Shown: piece by piece, positions 28,714 to 38,122 of the stretch
Position numbering within the stretch: the stretch's first letter is position 1
Layout: the number at the start of each line of letters is the position of its first letter
DNA from: a virus
Virus record (IMG/VR): IMGVR_UViG_3300030102_006178
Coordinates: 1-64,000 of that record
Length of the DNA stretch: 64,000 bases
Reading direction: 5' to 3' (one strand)
Notes under the pieces: model-generated
Database searches by the model: none
Told to the model about the DNA's origin: nothing
What the model saw: only the letters and a program-made list of their open reading frames with translations
Position numbers and translations under genes: made by a program

Positions 28714-31700
28714 GCAGCAAAAGTCTTTTTGACAAGGGCAAGTCCTACAAAGTATTGCCATCTGTAGATCCTGACACCCTTGGTCTGGATGCGGAATCTC
28801 ATCGCAACATAGAGGCCAGGGTAGAAGAGAAAAATAGATTTATACCAAATTTAGATTTTTCAGATGCGTCGAACTTTGTTCACTACGGATCAGCAAAGAA
28901 GTATTATGAGTCTGCGTTTGACAGAATTACAAATGAATATCCGTATGACGGCTCTAGTGCAGAAAAGACAGAATTCTTAAATGAATCTTCTTATCTTGAC
29001 CTTTATGTTTTAGAGAACGAGTATCCGACAACCACAGGCTACGCAATAATCTCATCAGACCAGTGGGGCTCTAACGATGGCTTCCTGGGAACGGGAGCAG
29101 GTGCAGAGAACGCCTGGGGCAAGACAAACGATCTAGAGTACATCAAGGTGTTTGGCGGCCCTCACACGGCCTCTAACGGAATGGAAGGCAAGCCCATCCA
29201 TTCAGAATTTAGTGCGTCGAATATATACGATGCGGACATTTACGACACAGAAGGAGTCCTATCTCTTGGGAGAGAAGGGTCTAGAGAGTCAAACTTAAAA
29301 TTTAAGGTATCTACTGGCGTAACTACAGAGTTCTGGGTCAAGAAGGGTGCATGGCTTGGGTCTTCACTTACCGATAAAGAAGTAATCTTTGACCTGTGGA
29401 ATGGAGAAGCTTCTTCAAGTTCTGGATATGGTAGACTTCTTATCTACCTTACCGGAAGTTCTGATGGGCAAAATCCAATAAGAGCACACTTAGCATCTGG
29501 TTCTAACGTATGGGACATATCCTACGGGGGGTCGACTGTACTGACATCCTCTCTAGAGGATACTTGGAATCACATCGCTCTGACATTCTATTCTGGCTCC
29601 TCGCAACTTGAGTCCAACTTTTACTTAAACGGAAATCTACAGGAGTCTAAGACGAACACTTCTCTAACTTCGTTTGGAGAAGTTACTGGATCTTTAATCG
29701 CCTTTGTCGGAGCGCTCCAGACAACGCCTTCTGGCAACGTGTACACTGGCGGCGCAGGCGCAGGCGCTGCAAAGTTGTCTGCATCTATTGACGAGTTTAG
29801 ATACTGGAAGGCTGTAAAGACGCATGAAGAGGTAGGTAAGAACTATTTTAGGCACGTTGATGGCGGCACAAATACAGATATATCCAACACTGAGCTTGGT
29901 GTATACTTCAAGTTTAATGAAGGGATCACAACCGATACAGAGACAGACTCAATTGTCCTAGATTATTCTGGAAGAATAAGCAATGGGTCGTGGGTAGGAT
30001 ACCCAGGCAGTGCGGCTAGAAACACCGGTTCGGCCATGGTTTCTGCAAGCGCTGCAGATTTTGAAAAAGAAGATCCAATTATCTATGGCATACATCCTGA
30101 TGTTTCGTCAAGCAGAAGCAGCCTCTCAATAAGCGGATCTGCCTACGACTATCAGAACAACTCTTCTCTATACTACTCTTTACCAACTTGGGTTATTGAA
30201 GAAGATGATGAGAAGGGTGAGATATTAAATCTTACACAGATACTGGCTAGCTACCTTGATACTTTGCACACGCAAATATCAGAGATGCCAAGACTAAAAG
30301 ATGTAAACTACGTAAGTTCTAGCCAAAAGCCCTACCCCTTTTCGAGTAGGCTTCTGGAATCAAATGGCATGTTTGCGCCTGAAATATTTGTTGATGCCTC
30401 CGTGCTGGAGCAGATAAGACAGCAAAGTGAAACAGAATTTTATGAAAAAGATTTATCTGAAGTTAAGAACCTTATATATCAGAACATCTACAACAACCTG
30501 GTTTACATTTACAAGTCAAAGGGCACAGAAAAGTCTTTTAGAAACATAATTCGCTGCTATGGAGTTGATGACGATCTTATAAAGGTTAATGTTTATGGCA
30601 ACAATGTAACCCATAAGTTGAGAGAAAACTATAAAAATTCTGTTGCCAAGAAGAGATACGCAGATTTCAGCAGACCAGCAAGATTTACAGCTACTGTAAC
30701 CCATCAAACTTCCAGCGCAAATACAAACACTGTTGATGTGACGTATGTTACCGGTTCGTCAGCCTACCAGGCGAGAACTGCTGAGGTTGAAGTTCTTTTC
30801 CCAAGGAAGCCAAGCCAAAATGAAGAAAACTACTTTTCTACAACATTCCTAACTTCTTCTATAATGGGATGGCACAGAGTTAAAACATCAAACGATATCA
30901 CAGACTTTACATACGGCTACAGCGCTGCTGCAGACAGGGCGCTACAGTTGTACGCGGTTAGGCCAAGCTCTGATAGTCGTGACGCATACTTCCTACTATC
31001 CAACAGAGCGGAGTCCATTAGTCTAACAAGCGACACTTTCCAAGACGTTTACGATGATACAAAGTGGAATTTTGCAATAAGAACTTACTTGTCCAAGGAC
31101 TCCCAGGCAGACTACGTATCTGGGTCTTTTGGAACGTCTGGAGAGGCCGATATTATTGTTGAGCTTTTTGGCTGTAATGTTGAATTGGGAGTTGTGAAAA
31201 ACCAATTTACAATCACAGGCAGCTTAGCTGCTTCTAGCACAAACAACGGATACATAACAAATCCTAGAAGATACTACGCTGGTGCTCGTAGGGAGAACCA
31301 CACAGGCTCAGTTTTGTTCAATTCAGATGTTAAGCTTTCTTCTGTTAGGCACTGGGAATCGCTAATCGAAGACAGTGAAGTAATTTCTCACGCCAGGGAC
31401 GCAGAGAACTTTGGTGTCTTGAGACCGCATGAGAGTGCTTTCCTATACAACAACAGTTTACTTGGAACTAGAGTTCCTAAGGCTGAGACGCTTTCGTTAC
31501 ACTGGAATTTTGATGATGTAAAAAGCTCCGACTCTAGTGGGGAGTTTTTAGTTAACGACTTTTCGTCGGGCTCTGTAGCCTTGAGGGAGAGATATCCTGG
31601 GACTTTTGGTGAGATTGTAGGAAACCAGTACACAGGTCGTGGATACTTCTTTGAATCAAATGCATCGTCGTCCATATCAGTTGAGTATATACAGACGGCG

Positions 31701-34700
31701 AAGCAGCAACCTCCGGAAGTTGTCACTAGCGATGATATGACAAATATAATGGAGTTTGATGACGAGACTTTCGAAAGAGACAGTAGAACAATAAATCATT
31801 TCTTTGCAGTTGAAAAGAGCATGTACCAAACAATCTCGGAAGAGATGTTAAACATGTTTAGCACAATTGTTGGATTTAATAACCTAATTGGAGAGCCTGT
31901 CAACAAGTACAGACATGAGTACAAGGACATGTCTAAGCTAAGAAACCTGTTCTTCGAAAATGTTGAAAACGTTCCAGACTTAGATAAGTACGTTGACTTT
32001 TATCGCTGGATTGATGCTTCGCTTTCCATAATTTTAAGACAGTTAATACCGGCGTCTGCCAACACATCAGAAGATATTAGAAACATGGTTGAAAGCCATG
32101 TTCTAGAGCGAAACAAGTACCAACATAAATTCCCAACCTTAGAACTAAAGCCAGGAGAAATAGTAGCTGGTATAAGGGGAGTGAACACGTTTGAGCCGGA
32201 CGAACTGCCTAACTGGAGGTTTGCACACGCTCCTGTCTCGGATGATGAGGCAGATAATACGATATATTGGCAGTACACTGAAGCTACGCATCCTGTCTTA
32301 TCCTCTAGTGATGCGGGGGTCAACAAAACAAGAGCCGCAATTATAGGCTCAAAAAGGGCGGCAAGGACTAGAAAGTTCAGTACCCCAGTTAAGATCACAA
32401 GCTTCTTAGAAGAGCAGGATCAAGTGTCAAGAGAGGGGACTGGTAGACGTACACTTCACGGTGGAATAAACTACCCTGTCGCAAAGAAACAAGATGCGTT
32501 TAGAAGTGTTCTAGATTTTGGAACATCTAACGGCTTCTTATTTGATAGCATTGAAAATGTTCTAGATATTAATGATGTTCTACACCCACAGCATAAAAAA
32601 TATCAATACTTCAAGGAGTCCAATAACGAATTAAAGGGCGAGCTATACGCTCCTTTCAGGATTTTAAGTGGATCGGAAAGTGGTTATAACTCCAGTTTTT
32701 CCAACTTCCAGACCGTAAACCTGCACACAGACTCCTACCTAGATGGTGGAGAACTGCCGATTCAGGGTCCGTTTGCACAAAAGCATGTTGGTGGAATGGC
32801 GTCGAGACATACGCCCATCAATACAGGATCAGACGACATCACAAACAGAGCAGAGTCTTGGAGTTTGTCAACAACATCAACTAGCTTAACCTTTACGCAC
32901 CCAGCTACTGCAAATCCTAGGGATATGATCTCTAGAAACGTTAAGGCAAAGAGGCCACTAAACTTAGAAAACATTAAGATTACCGGCAGCAGTGCTCTTG
33001 GCAACTACTCAAACATAAGAGAAGTTGTACTAGTTTCCGGCAGGGAAGGTGGCGATAGCCAATTTGTTAGGAACGAAGGAGTTTCTGTCACAAACCTGAC
33101 TTCAGATTTGATCGACGGCATTGTCGATACTGAGGTTTCTTTCCTGACAAGCTCAGAGCATATGATAATCTCTAGATTCTCGGCACCTGGTGGTATTGAT
33201 ACTTCTCACGGCGGTTTAGACATAGAGACGACACAATTTAGTGTCTATAATGCACTTCCTTACCGTAACCTTTTGGTAAGGAAACCGTTAGTAACTCTTC
33301 TGTCTGCGTCCACATCCCAGTTTGGGTTTAGGCCAGGCGTCACAGCAACGGCTGCAGATTACTCAGGCGTAGCTAACTTCCATAAGATAAACAGGAATAC
33401 ACTGAGAAGGATAGAGTATAGTAATGAATTTGTTGGCGACTTAGGTACCGTAGCCACCGGCACAGTCAACGACAACTTCTTCATGACAAGGCCAATCCCA
33501 CAAAGCGATCTACAATACCTTTGGATCACAAGCTCTTACGAGTCGACGGAGACTGGTGGCACAAGGACTAGTGGTAGAACTATGCTCGGCTATGCTCCTA
33601 GAGACTTTGAGGTCTCAACATCAGCTGGGTACGTGAATGCAATCACTTTCACAAGCGAGAGTCACGTAGCAGGAGATGTTGTCACTGATTTTGTTGGTCT
33701 AAATACCACTATTGTCGAGCCAGTTAGCGCATCAGAGCAAACTCTAGGGTATCCTTTAACTGTGGGCATTTCTTCTTACAACCCCTCCTCTTATGGTTCT
33801 TTAAGCGAAGGCAACGTTTTAAGTGCAATTTTGTCACACAGGGGCGACACCTTTGGGTACAATAGCTGGAGACAGCTAAGAGTGGGGGCTAACCCTGTTG
33901 CAAGAAAACTAAAAGAAACGCACAAGGTGTCTGTAATTTTTGATGACGTACAAAACTACACAAGCGATGGCAGAGTGCTAGAGGCGCAAAGGTACGGAAA
34001 CTTCAAGCAGTTTAGAGAGTCCCCAGTTGTATCAAAGTACAAGCCGATAACACAAGTCACTAATGGAATAAAGATTAGTTCCACCTATGCAAATAATAGG
34101 TCCAACTTCTCAAATGCTGAGCTTGATGAACTATACCCAGAGACACAGACAACGCAGTTTTATGATAAGGTCAAAAATAATTACCAGGGATTTGTAAGTC
34201 TGCAGTACAGAGAAACCGTATACCCTTCAGAGGACAACTTCTACGACAATAGGGTTAGGCAGAGAGAAGGCTACACAATAGACTACTGGCACTCTGACAG
34301 ACAGACAAGAACAGACAATAAGGCTGATAAGGTTAGTCTTGGAGGCAGAAGCTTGTACAGCGTCTGGTCTCTAGACGCACCCACCTCTTTCAACACTATG
34401 GCGGTTCCAAATGCTACTAATGAAACAAACGATCCGCCAGGAGAGCTACAAAACAAGAAAACTCAAGTCCATAACAACACAAAGACAGCGATAACAGCCT
34501 CTGCTTTGTACGCTCTTCCTCACATGATCGCAACCACAGCTTCGTTTGTTTCTCCAAGCGGGATTGCGTTAGCAGAAACAGGCTCCGCCGCAGGCGGCTC
34601 TTCCAACCCGTTTGGGTATGCTACCGTAGGCGCTGGAGCGGCCCTCTGGGAGGCTGGCGCCCTTGCTGGCAGGGTAGAGAACGGAGTGTTCGTTTCTAGC

Positions 34701-37085
34701 TCCACAGACAGGACTGTGCCTGCTTATGATAGCTACTCTGACTACGCCGAGGAGTTGAGGGCACACAACAAGGATTATTCCATAGTGCCAGAGTTTAGAA
34801 TTAGTGATCATATGGATCTCTACATATCTCAAAATAATGGCAACTTCTTGGTTAACAATACAGCATCATTCAGCATATTTGGCGCTACTAGCAATGCTGA
34901 TTATCCAACTGACAGTTCACAGACTGAATTCTACAATGTCTACACAAATTCAGATTTTCTAAAATACTTCAATGTTGTGGACAGGGACCACAAAGATATA
35001 GCAGACCAGCACTCAATAACTTTGAGATGCAAGGCTTTAATGAAGTTCTTGCCGTATAACGGTTTCTACCCAGCAGAGAGAACACTGCAAATGGCAGAGC
35101 AATTCTCTTCCTCTTACGGAAAGCATGTAAATTATGCTGGTGCGGATTCTACGCTAGAGAACGCAAAGATGCGTCCATTCTTGGAGCCTATGTTCGCACC
35201 AGGCATTGTTTACAACTCCATTAAGTCTGGCATAGGAGTTCCTTATCCCGTACTCACAGCAAGTTACGGCGTTCAGAGACTGCACGACTATTATGCAATT
35301 AGTTCTAGCGCCAATGGAAGTGTCTTTAGGAAAATTGATTTTGAGGCAGCCGTAGAACCAGAGAAGTATCTTTCTGATGTGTCACTTTTGGACATGAGTC
35401 CACACCCCAGTTGTTCGCTTAACCTAACAGCTTCTTGGAATGGTAAGGGAGACCCACTTTATCGAATGATGGCGAGCAACTTCTTTGCAGAAGTGCCAGA
35501 ATTCTTCTTACCACAAGGCAACATGTCAGCAATTACATCGCTACCGGAAAGCGATCCAAGATTTGGCAACGCTATAAGTGGAAGCGTGTACGGAATGAGA
35601 GTGAGGATGTTCAGAAGCATGAACAAAGCCAGAACATTCTCCGGTTTAAGTTACGCATACCCACAGGATTCGCCTGTACAAAGTGGATTACACGAAACGT
35701 TTACAATGTACAGCAGGCCGTCAGCCTTCTTCCATGCTGTGAGTGGAAGAAACACAATTTCAAATTCACAATTTGAAAGCTCAACTTATGGGGACAGAGT
35801 TTTAGACAGCTACAACGGCTACAACTGGGTGGCTACCCCACCGTATTATCACGGAGAAGCTTGGGTAGACATACTGTTTATCCCAACAGAAACAAAGAAA
35901 TACAAGCTATCAGAAATATTAAGCTCAATAGAATCCACAAGAGAACTTAGGTTTGATAACAATAACGTTTCGATTGGAAACGATGCTGGCTACTATGCTA
36001 ACGGCCAAATAAGAAACAATATGCTTAACATCACTGATACTCTAATACTCGATGGCAGGGCAAGAATAAAGTCTGTTGAGTATGATCCTGACACCGGCAG
36101 GCCTGTGTTAGTTAAGGACGATCCTTCTTCAGACCACGTTTCCTACGTTATCCAGCCAAAGTGGGAAACACCAATGTTTGACTTTGGAGACACTGGCGTG
36201 CGCCCAATAACAAATGCCGCTGGCAACCTGACTATTCCTACCAATGGCTCGGAGTCGGTTCCAAGAGGCATGTGGCACCAATTTGGGCTGCCTGCAGACG
36301 ACCCAGAGAAGGGCATCTTCCTGCAAGCATACGATATTCCTAAGGACTGGCTAAACAACCACCCTGGCGTTGGAGCTACGCCGTCGAACTATAACAATGG
36401 CGAGGTGGAGTCACTCATTGACCTTCTGGGAATAGACCAAACTCCAAGAAGACTTGGTGAGGTATCTACCTCAAAGGTCGTTAGCGAAGCTATTGTGGCA
36501 GTGCCGTTTGTTGATAAGGGCACACAAAAGAAGTTCTTCTCAATTGACAGAGCTATGATTGATCATGCCCTTGAAGGGAAGCTTGGGCAAGATAACTCAA
36601 TACAAAGCATGGTAGAAAAGCTAAACAGATACGTGATGCCTCCAAAGATGGATTTCATTACAAACAAGCAAATAACTCCGTTTGCAGCTTACGTTTTCGA
36701 ATTTGAGCACGAATTTGACAAAGATGACTTGACTCACATATGGCAGAACTTACCGCCAAAGTCTGTCACCAAGGCTGAGCAGAAAGAAACTACAATATCA
36801 CACAGGCTTCTAGCAGATCAAGTTCTCTCGGATGTCGACTCACAGCTACAGTGGATGGTGTTTAAGGTTAAGCAAAAGGCTGTAAAGAACTACTTTTCTA
36901 AGACGGCCTCTAAGTCTGGGGATAACCTAGACGACCCAAGGTACAAATTCCAGTTCAAGATCGCAGGCAGAACAGAGGAGCTAGACTATAGTTATAACTG
37001 GCCTTACGACTTTTTCTCACTTGTCGAGATGGTGAAGATAGACGCAGAAGTAGAACTAAGAGCAAGCGGGGATGCTGAAGAATGA
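28710..37085 (+). CDS. Giant (2791 aa) virion protein with LamG/ConA-like domain and baseplate-like segment
   Basis: TTEFWVK..WNHIALT..YLNG..SIDEFRYW (LamG-like); YIYKSKGTEKS.RN.IRCYG (gpI/tail-like). Confidence 0.75.
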   Translation: MSSKSLFDKGKSYKVLPSVDPDTLGLDAESHRNIEARVEEKNRFIPNLDFSDASNFVHYGSAKKYYESAFDRITNEYPYDGSSAEKTEFLNESSYLDLYVLENEYPTTTGYAIISSDQWGSNDGFLGTGAGAENAWGKTNDLEYIKVFGGPHTASNGMEGKPIHSEFSASNIYDADIYDTEGVLSLGREGSRESNLKFKVSTGVTTEFWVKKGAWLGSSLTDKEVIFDLWNGEASSSSGYGRLLIYLTGSSDGQNPIRAHLASGSNVWDISYGGSTVLTSSLEDTWNHIALTFYSGSSQLESNFYLNGNLQESKTNTSLTSFGEVTGSLIAFVGALQTTPSGNVYTGGAGAGAAKLSASIDEFRYWKAVKTHEEVGKNYFRHVDGGTNTDISNTELGVYFKFNEGITTDTETDSIVLDYSGRISNGSWVGYPGSAARNTGSAMVSASAADFEKEDPIIYGIHPDVSSSRSSLSISGSAYDYQNNSSLYYSLPTWVIEEDDEKGEILNLTQILASYLDTLHTQISEMPRLKDVNYVSSSQKPYPFSSRLLESNGMFAPEIFVDASVLEQIRQQSETEFYEKDLSEVKNLIYQNIYNNLVYIYKSKGTEKSFRNIIRCYGVDDDLIKVNVYGNNVTHKLRENYKNSVAKKRYADFSRPARFTATVTHQTSSANTNTVDVTYVTGSSAYQARTAEVEVLFPRKPSQNEENYFSTTFLTSSIMGWHRVKTSNDITDFTYGYSAAADRALQLYAVRPSSDSRDAYFLLSNRAESISLTSDTFQDVYDDTKWNFAIRTYLSKDSQADYVSGSFGTSGEADIIVELFGCNVELGVVKNQFTITGSLAASSTNNGYITNPRRYYAGARRENHTGSVLFNSDVKLSSVRHWESLIEDSEVISHARDAENFGVLRPHESAFLYNNSLLGTRVPKAETLSLHWNFDDVKSSDSSGEFLVNDFSSGSVALRERYPGTFGEIVGNQYTGRGYFFESNASSSISVEYIQTAKQQPPEVVTSDDMTNIMEFDDETFERDSRTINHFFAVEKSMYQTISEEMLNMFSTIVGFNNLIGEPVNKYRHEYKDMSKLRNLFFENVENVPDLDKYVDFYRWIDASLSIILRQLIPASANTSEDIRNMVESHVLERNKYQHKFPTLELKPGEIVAGIRGVNTFEPDELPNWRFAHAPVSDDEADNTIYWQYTEATHPVLSSSDAGVNKTRAAIIGSKRAARTRKFSTPVKITSFLEEQDQVSREGTGRRTLHGGINYPVAKKQDAFRSVLDFGTSNGFLFDSIENVLDINDVLHPQHKKYQYFKESNNELKGELYAPFRILSGSESGYNSSFSNFQTVNLHTDSYLDGGELPIQGPFAQKHVGGMASRHTPINTGSDDITNRAESWSLSTTSTSLTFTHPATANPRDMISRNVKAKRPLNLENIKITGSSALGNYSNIREVVLVSGREGGDSQFVRNEGVSVTNLTSDLIDGIVDTEVSFLTSSEHMIISRFSAPGGIDTSHGGLDIETTQFSVYNALPYRNLLVRKPLVTLLSASTSQFGFRPGVTATAADYSGVANFHKINRNTLRRIEYSNEFVGDLGTVATGTVNDNFFMTRPIPQSDLQYLWITSSYESTETGGTRTSGRTMLGYAPRDFEVSTSAGYVNAITFTSESHVAGDVVTDFVGLNTTIVEPVSASEQTLGYPLTVGISSYNPSSYGSLSEGNVLSAILSHRGDTFGYNSWRQLRVGANPVARKLKETHKVSVIFDDVQNYTSDGRVLEAQRYGNFKQFRESPVVSKYKPITQVTNGIKISSTYANNRSNFSNAELDELYPETQTTQFYDKVKNNYQGFVSLQYRETVYPSEDNFYDNRVRQREGYTIDYWHSDRQTRTDNKADKVSLGGRSLYSVWSLDAPTSFNTMAVPNATNETNDPPGELQNKKTQVHNNTKTAITASALYALPHMIATTASFVSPSGIALAETGSAAGGSSNPFGYATVGAGAALWEAGALAGRVENGVFVSSSTDRTVPAYDSYSDYAEELRAHNKDYSIVPEFRISDHMDLYISQNNGNFLVNNTASFSIFGATSNADYPTDSSQTEFYNVYTNSDFLKYFNVVDRDHKDIADQHSITLRCKALMKFLPYNGFYPAERTLQMAEQFSSSYGKHVNYAGADSTLENAKMRPFLEPMFAPGIVYNSIKSGIGVPYPVLTASYGVQRLHDYYAISSSANGSVFRKIDFEAAVEPEKYLSDVSLLDMSPHPSCSLNLTASWNGKGDPLYRMMASNFFAEVPEFFLPQGNMSAITSLPESDPRFGNAISGSVYGMRVRMFRSMNKARTFSGLSYAYPQDSPVQSGLHETFTMYSRPSAFFHAVSGRNTISNSQFESSTYGDRVLDSYNGYNWVATPPYYHGEAWVDILFIPTETKKYKLSEILSSIESTRELRFDNNNVSIGNDAGYYANGQIRNNMLNITDTLILDGRARIKSVEYDPDTGRPVLVKDDPSSDHVSYVIQPKWETPMFDFGDTGVRPITNAAGNLTIPTNGSESVPRGMWHQFGLPADDPEKGIFLQAYDIPKDWLNNHPGVGATPSNYNNGEVESLIDLLGIDQTPRRLGEVSTSKVVSEAIVAVPFVDKGTQKKFFSIDRAMIDHALEGKLGQDNSIQSMVEKLNRYVMPPKMDFITNKQITPFAAYVFEFEHEFDKDDLTHIWQNLPPKSVTKAEQKETTISHRLLADQVLSDVDSQLQWMVFKVKQKAVKNYFSKTASKSGDNLDDPRYKFQFKIAGRTEELDYSYNWPYDFFSLVEMVKIDAEVELRASGDAEE

Positions 37086-38122
37086 AGTTTTTAGATAAAA
37101 AAGAACAAGTGTTAGATATACAATTAACGCCATATGGTGAGTATCTGCTTTCTCAAGGAAAGTTTAAGCCTGAGTATTATGCGTTTTTTGATGACAATGT
37201 CTTGTATGAAAGTAAGTACGGCAGGCCAAACGAGAGCCCAGAAAGGGGGCAAAACTCGATAGAACCCAGAGTACAGGAAGAAACCCCACAGCTAGAATCT
37301 CAAGTGGTTTTCTCCGATCGTGATTTGTTTGCTAGAAAAAGCATAAATCCTTTTAAGCCCACAGAAATAAAAGAAGAGGATATACAGACTGATTCGTATC
37401 ATGATAGAAAGAGGTACGGCTTACAGTATCAGCTTGGAAGGTCGGACATCCTAAAGACTAACGCACCAGCATGGTCAATAGATATGTTAAAGTCGGAAAT
37501 ATCTACTTCCTCAAAGGTTGATGAGGGAGAAGTTAAGCACACTTCTCACATACCGCAGCTAGACGTTACTTTAACATATGTTATAAACACAGTAAGCGAT
37601 AGAGCGTTTATATCCGACTCAACGTTGGCGGTTGAATACCCAAATGGACAATATTTAGATATCCGACCAGAATATTTAATGTCTCAAGTCATAGAGAGAA
37701 ATTCAGAATTTACAAAAGAAAATTTTGATGTTGAGGTATTTGAGGTACTAACTGAAAAGACTCCTGGTATGGACAAGAATATTGAGAGACTTCGTCCGCT
37801 AAAGATGAGAAAGCCAATTAGCCTGGTGCAGGGCAATATTCTATTAGATGAATCAGAAATATTTACAAACGAAGATTTGCCTCTGACAACTGAAGATGTT
37901 GAGTATTACTTTAACTTAAAGGTTGACGGCGATATTGATGAGGCTATAATCTGCAAGGCTATTAGCGAACTTGAGTCAAAGGGCTTGTTTGTCGATACTG
38001 AAATTGTTTGCGAAGATGTTAGAAATATCACTCTCGCAGATATTTATAGTACGGACGCTGCTGCAGATCCTTGTCCAGAAGACGTTCGTGAACCGTGTGA
38101 CGATATAGGAAGTATTTACTGA
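37082..38122 (+). CDS. Virion structural protein
   Basis: DIQLTPYGEYLLSQGKFKPEYYAFFDD.VLY resembles the N-terminus of the 44928 protein. Confidence 0.65.
   Translation: MKFLDKKEQVLDIQLTPYGEYLLSQGKFKPEYYAFFDDNVLYESKYGRPNESPERGQNSIEPRVQEETPQLESQVVFSDRDLFARKSINPFKPTEIKEEDIQTDSYHDRKRYGLQYQLGRSDILKTNAPAWSIDMLKSEISTSSKVDEGEVKHTSHIPQLDVTLTYVINTVSDRAFISDSTLAVEYPNGQYLDIRPEYLMSQVIERNSEFTKENFDVEVFEVLTEKTPGMDKNIERLRPLKMRKPISLVQGNILLDESEIFTNEDLPLTTEDVEYYFNLKVDGDIDEAIICKAISELESKGLFVDTEIVCEDVRNITLADIYSTDAAADPCPEDVREPCDDIGSIY

Noticed and set aside
29751-29767. Short GGCGCA tandem repeat
   Set aside because: It simply encodes a GAGAGA linker and is too short to suggest a contingency locus.
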